DNA of 64,000 nucleotides. It comes from Callorhinchus milii (lineage: Eukaryota). Positions 62,088 to 64,000 of this stretch are shown in pieces. The notes under the pieces were generated by a model. That model did not search any database, was not told where the DNA came from, and saw nothing but the letters and a program-made list of their open reading frames with translations. Within the stretch, counting starts at the first letter, position 1. The number at the start of each line of letters is the position of its first letter. The stretch spans positions 13,704,001 through 13,768,000 of the forward strand of contig NW_024704742.1 of assembly GCF_018977255.1 (NCBI RefSeq), in the 5' to 3' direction. Made by a program: the position numbers and the translations under genes.

Positions 62088-64000
62088 TTGAACCTGTCAG
62101 GTTTATTGTTTATTGTTATTTATTACCTGACAGCCACAATGGATTCTATTAATTTGCAAATGACAGGGAAAAGAGCACTGATTGTCAATTCTGACAAATA
62201 TATCAAAAATCACTTCTGCATTAATGACACACTCGCTCAGTCACTCTGATCCTTTTACAGATTTTTACACTTCTATGATAAAATGTCCAATTGATTGTTG
62301 CCACCAAATCTTCAGGGAAATACACAGAGGGACCAATTATTGGATGTACATGTTTCTGTTATTGTACATATCAGCCAGTCTTCCCGGATTCTCTCTCCTC
62401 TGAATATTGGGAAAGAAGGGGAATTTACCTGAAATGCACATTTCTGCAGTCGTCCATCAAATAATAAGTAAATAATCCTTATACTTAATAGCACCTCTCA
62501 AGTTAGGACATCTCAAAGCATTTCACAAGATTCAATGTTGTATGTAATATAAAATGTAAAACTAACCTGTCTCATGGCAGTCTAAACCGAGCTCATGCTC
62601 CTATTAGTTAGTGAATAATCCAATGCTTGGTGAATTCTGCTTGGACATTAATAATACTCGTTGATCACCTGATAAATAAATGGTACACATCCACTGTTCT
62701 GAATGTGGACCTGAACAATATTTCCTTCTTTCCCCACCACCTGATAAGATGGAGCTGATTATTTTTACATGGTACTCTGTCTCAGTCACTTCTCACGTGA
62801 CTCTCTTTTAACCCTACAAGCCAAAGCACTAACACGTAGGGTGTGATGCGTAGGTCAGGCAGGGGGAGGATTGCCAGACTGTGTTTGCAATGACAAGCTG
62901 TGCAGTTACAGATGTTAAAACTCCAGCAGTACACACTTCAGGGTCCCAAAACCTCGGGTCTCACCAACCTGTGCTAATACTTTCTGGAATTAAGTAAGCA
63001 GAATATGTCCTTTTGGGAAAAGAGTTTGTACTCCATTCCAAATAAAGGGAAATTTTCATACACATGTGGGACTCTCAGATTGTGTGGTGAGACTCCTAAG
63101 CATAAATGACAATGAATTTCCATGTGTTTCAGTCACTCGGATGACCAAAACAAATCCCAACATCATTGAAGTTCATTCATACAGTAGAGGTACGTCTGAG
63201 AGTTAATCAGGATTAATCAGGATTAAAGGTTTGAAACTCAGGAATAAAAGATCTATCACCAGATCTACTTAGTTACTTCAAACATGTTTTATGTGGCATC
63301 TTTCATTACTATACACAAAGATCTGAGAGTAATAAACTATGTGAAAATTGGAATTAAGTGCCGAAATCAAATTTTGTAGTAGAATATGCAATCACAAAAG
63401 TAATTATCAATTTTCAAGCTCAATAAAATCACGGCTTCCTCTAGGTTTTACCACTAGTGTGAGTAGCAAATGCTTCATGCTGAATAAAGTGTCATAAAAA
63501 TGATTTAACCGAGAACCAAAGGAGGTCCTTCTAAAAAGAGATTATTATCTCAGTGTGATGATGTGGTGTAGAAATTGCTTGCTTCTACTCTCAGTTTTAT
63601 GGGTTGCATACCAAGTGTGGAGTAGAATGAGGAAAAAGAAATAATATGCATGCAAATTTGGTGTATTGAAATTTGAAGCATGATATAAATTACAAATGTG
63701 ACCAGAACACAGAAACTGGAGTAATAATTTGTTCTATGGTAATTTTTTAAAATCCCATTCAAATGTTCTGCTTTTCATAATACATGTGGCTGATTTTTTT
63801 TCTGACTTGTGACTAATTTTGAGCGTTTCCGAAGAAATTGGAAGCTTTGGTATGACATTTTCTTCCCATAAAATGCACATCTCATAAATGGTTTCTTGAT
63901 TTTGTCCTAAAATGAACCAGTTGGTACCAATTTAAGTAAAAGCTGCAAGCAAGAATAGACATTGATGCCTGAAGTATATGTAAAATAGAAGTGCTCCTGT

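Noticed and set aside
1..64000. Prokaryotic-type novel system (operon, defence island, retron)
   Set aside because: No gene-dense coding structure; all RT motifs belong to decayed vertebrate non-LTR retrotransposons.

Overview
Eukaryotic, AT-rich, repeat-dense vertebrate DNA, probably intronic or intergenic. The repeat inventory points to a cartilaginous fish, possibly a chimaera (inference, not a database match). I found no recognisable cellular protein-coding exon, rRNA, true tRNA gene or CRISPR array. The ORFs I can recognise are frameshifted LINE ORF2 fragments (L2 and CR1 clades) or their antisense frames. The window holds: (i) many L2 copies ending in (TTG)n; (ii) CR1 copies; (iii) a young tRNA(Ala)-headed SINE ending in (TTA)n whose 3' stem-loop matches the L2 tail; (iv) an older Deu-domain-type SINE; (v) Penelope-like and palindromic MITE-like relics; (vi) a possible LTR with a 39-bp minisatellite. 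The most notable structures are: a near-perfect 449-bp inverted duplication (39225-40277); a 167-bp templated copy from one L2 into a neighbouring L2; internally deleted L2 derivatives that keep the 3' recognition tail, one with a TSD; and apparent stepwise SINE-LINE tail co-evolution with a compensatory base pair. I cannot demonstrate a wholly new biological system; these are the best candidates. Family names come from motif recall and most repeat boundaries are approximate.
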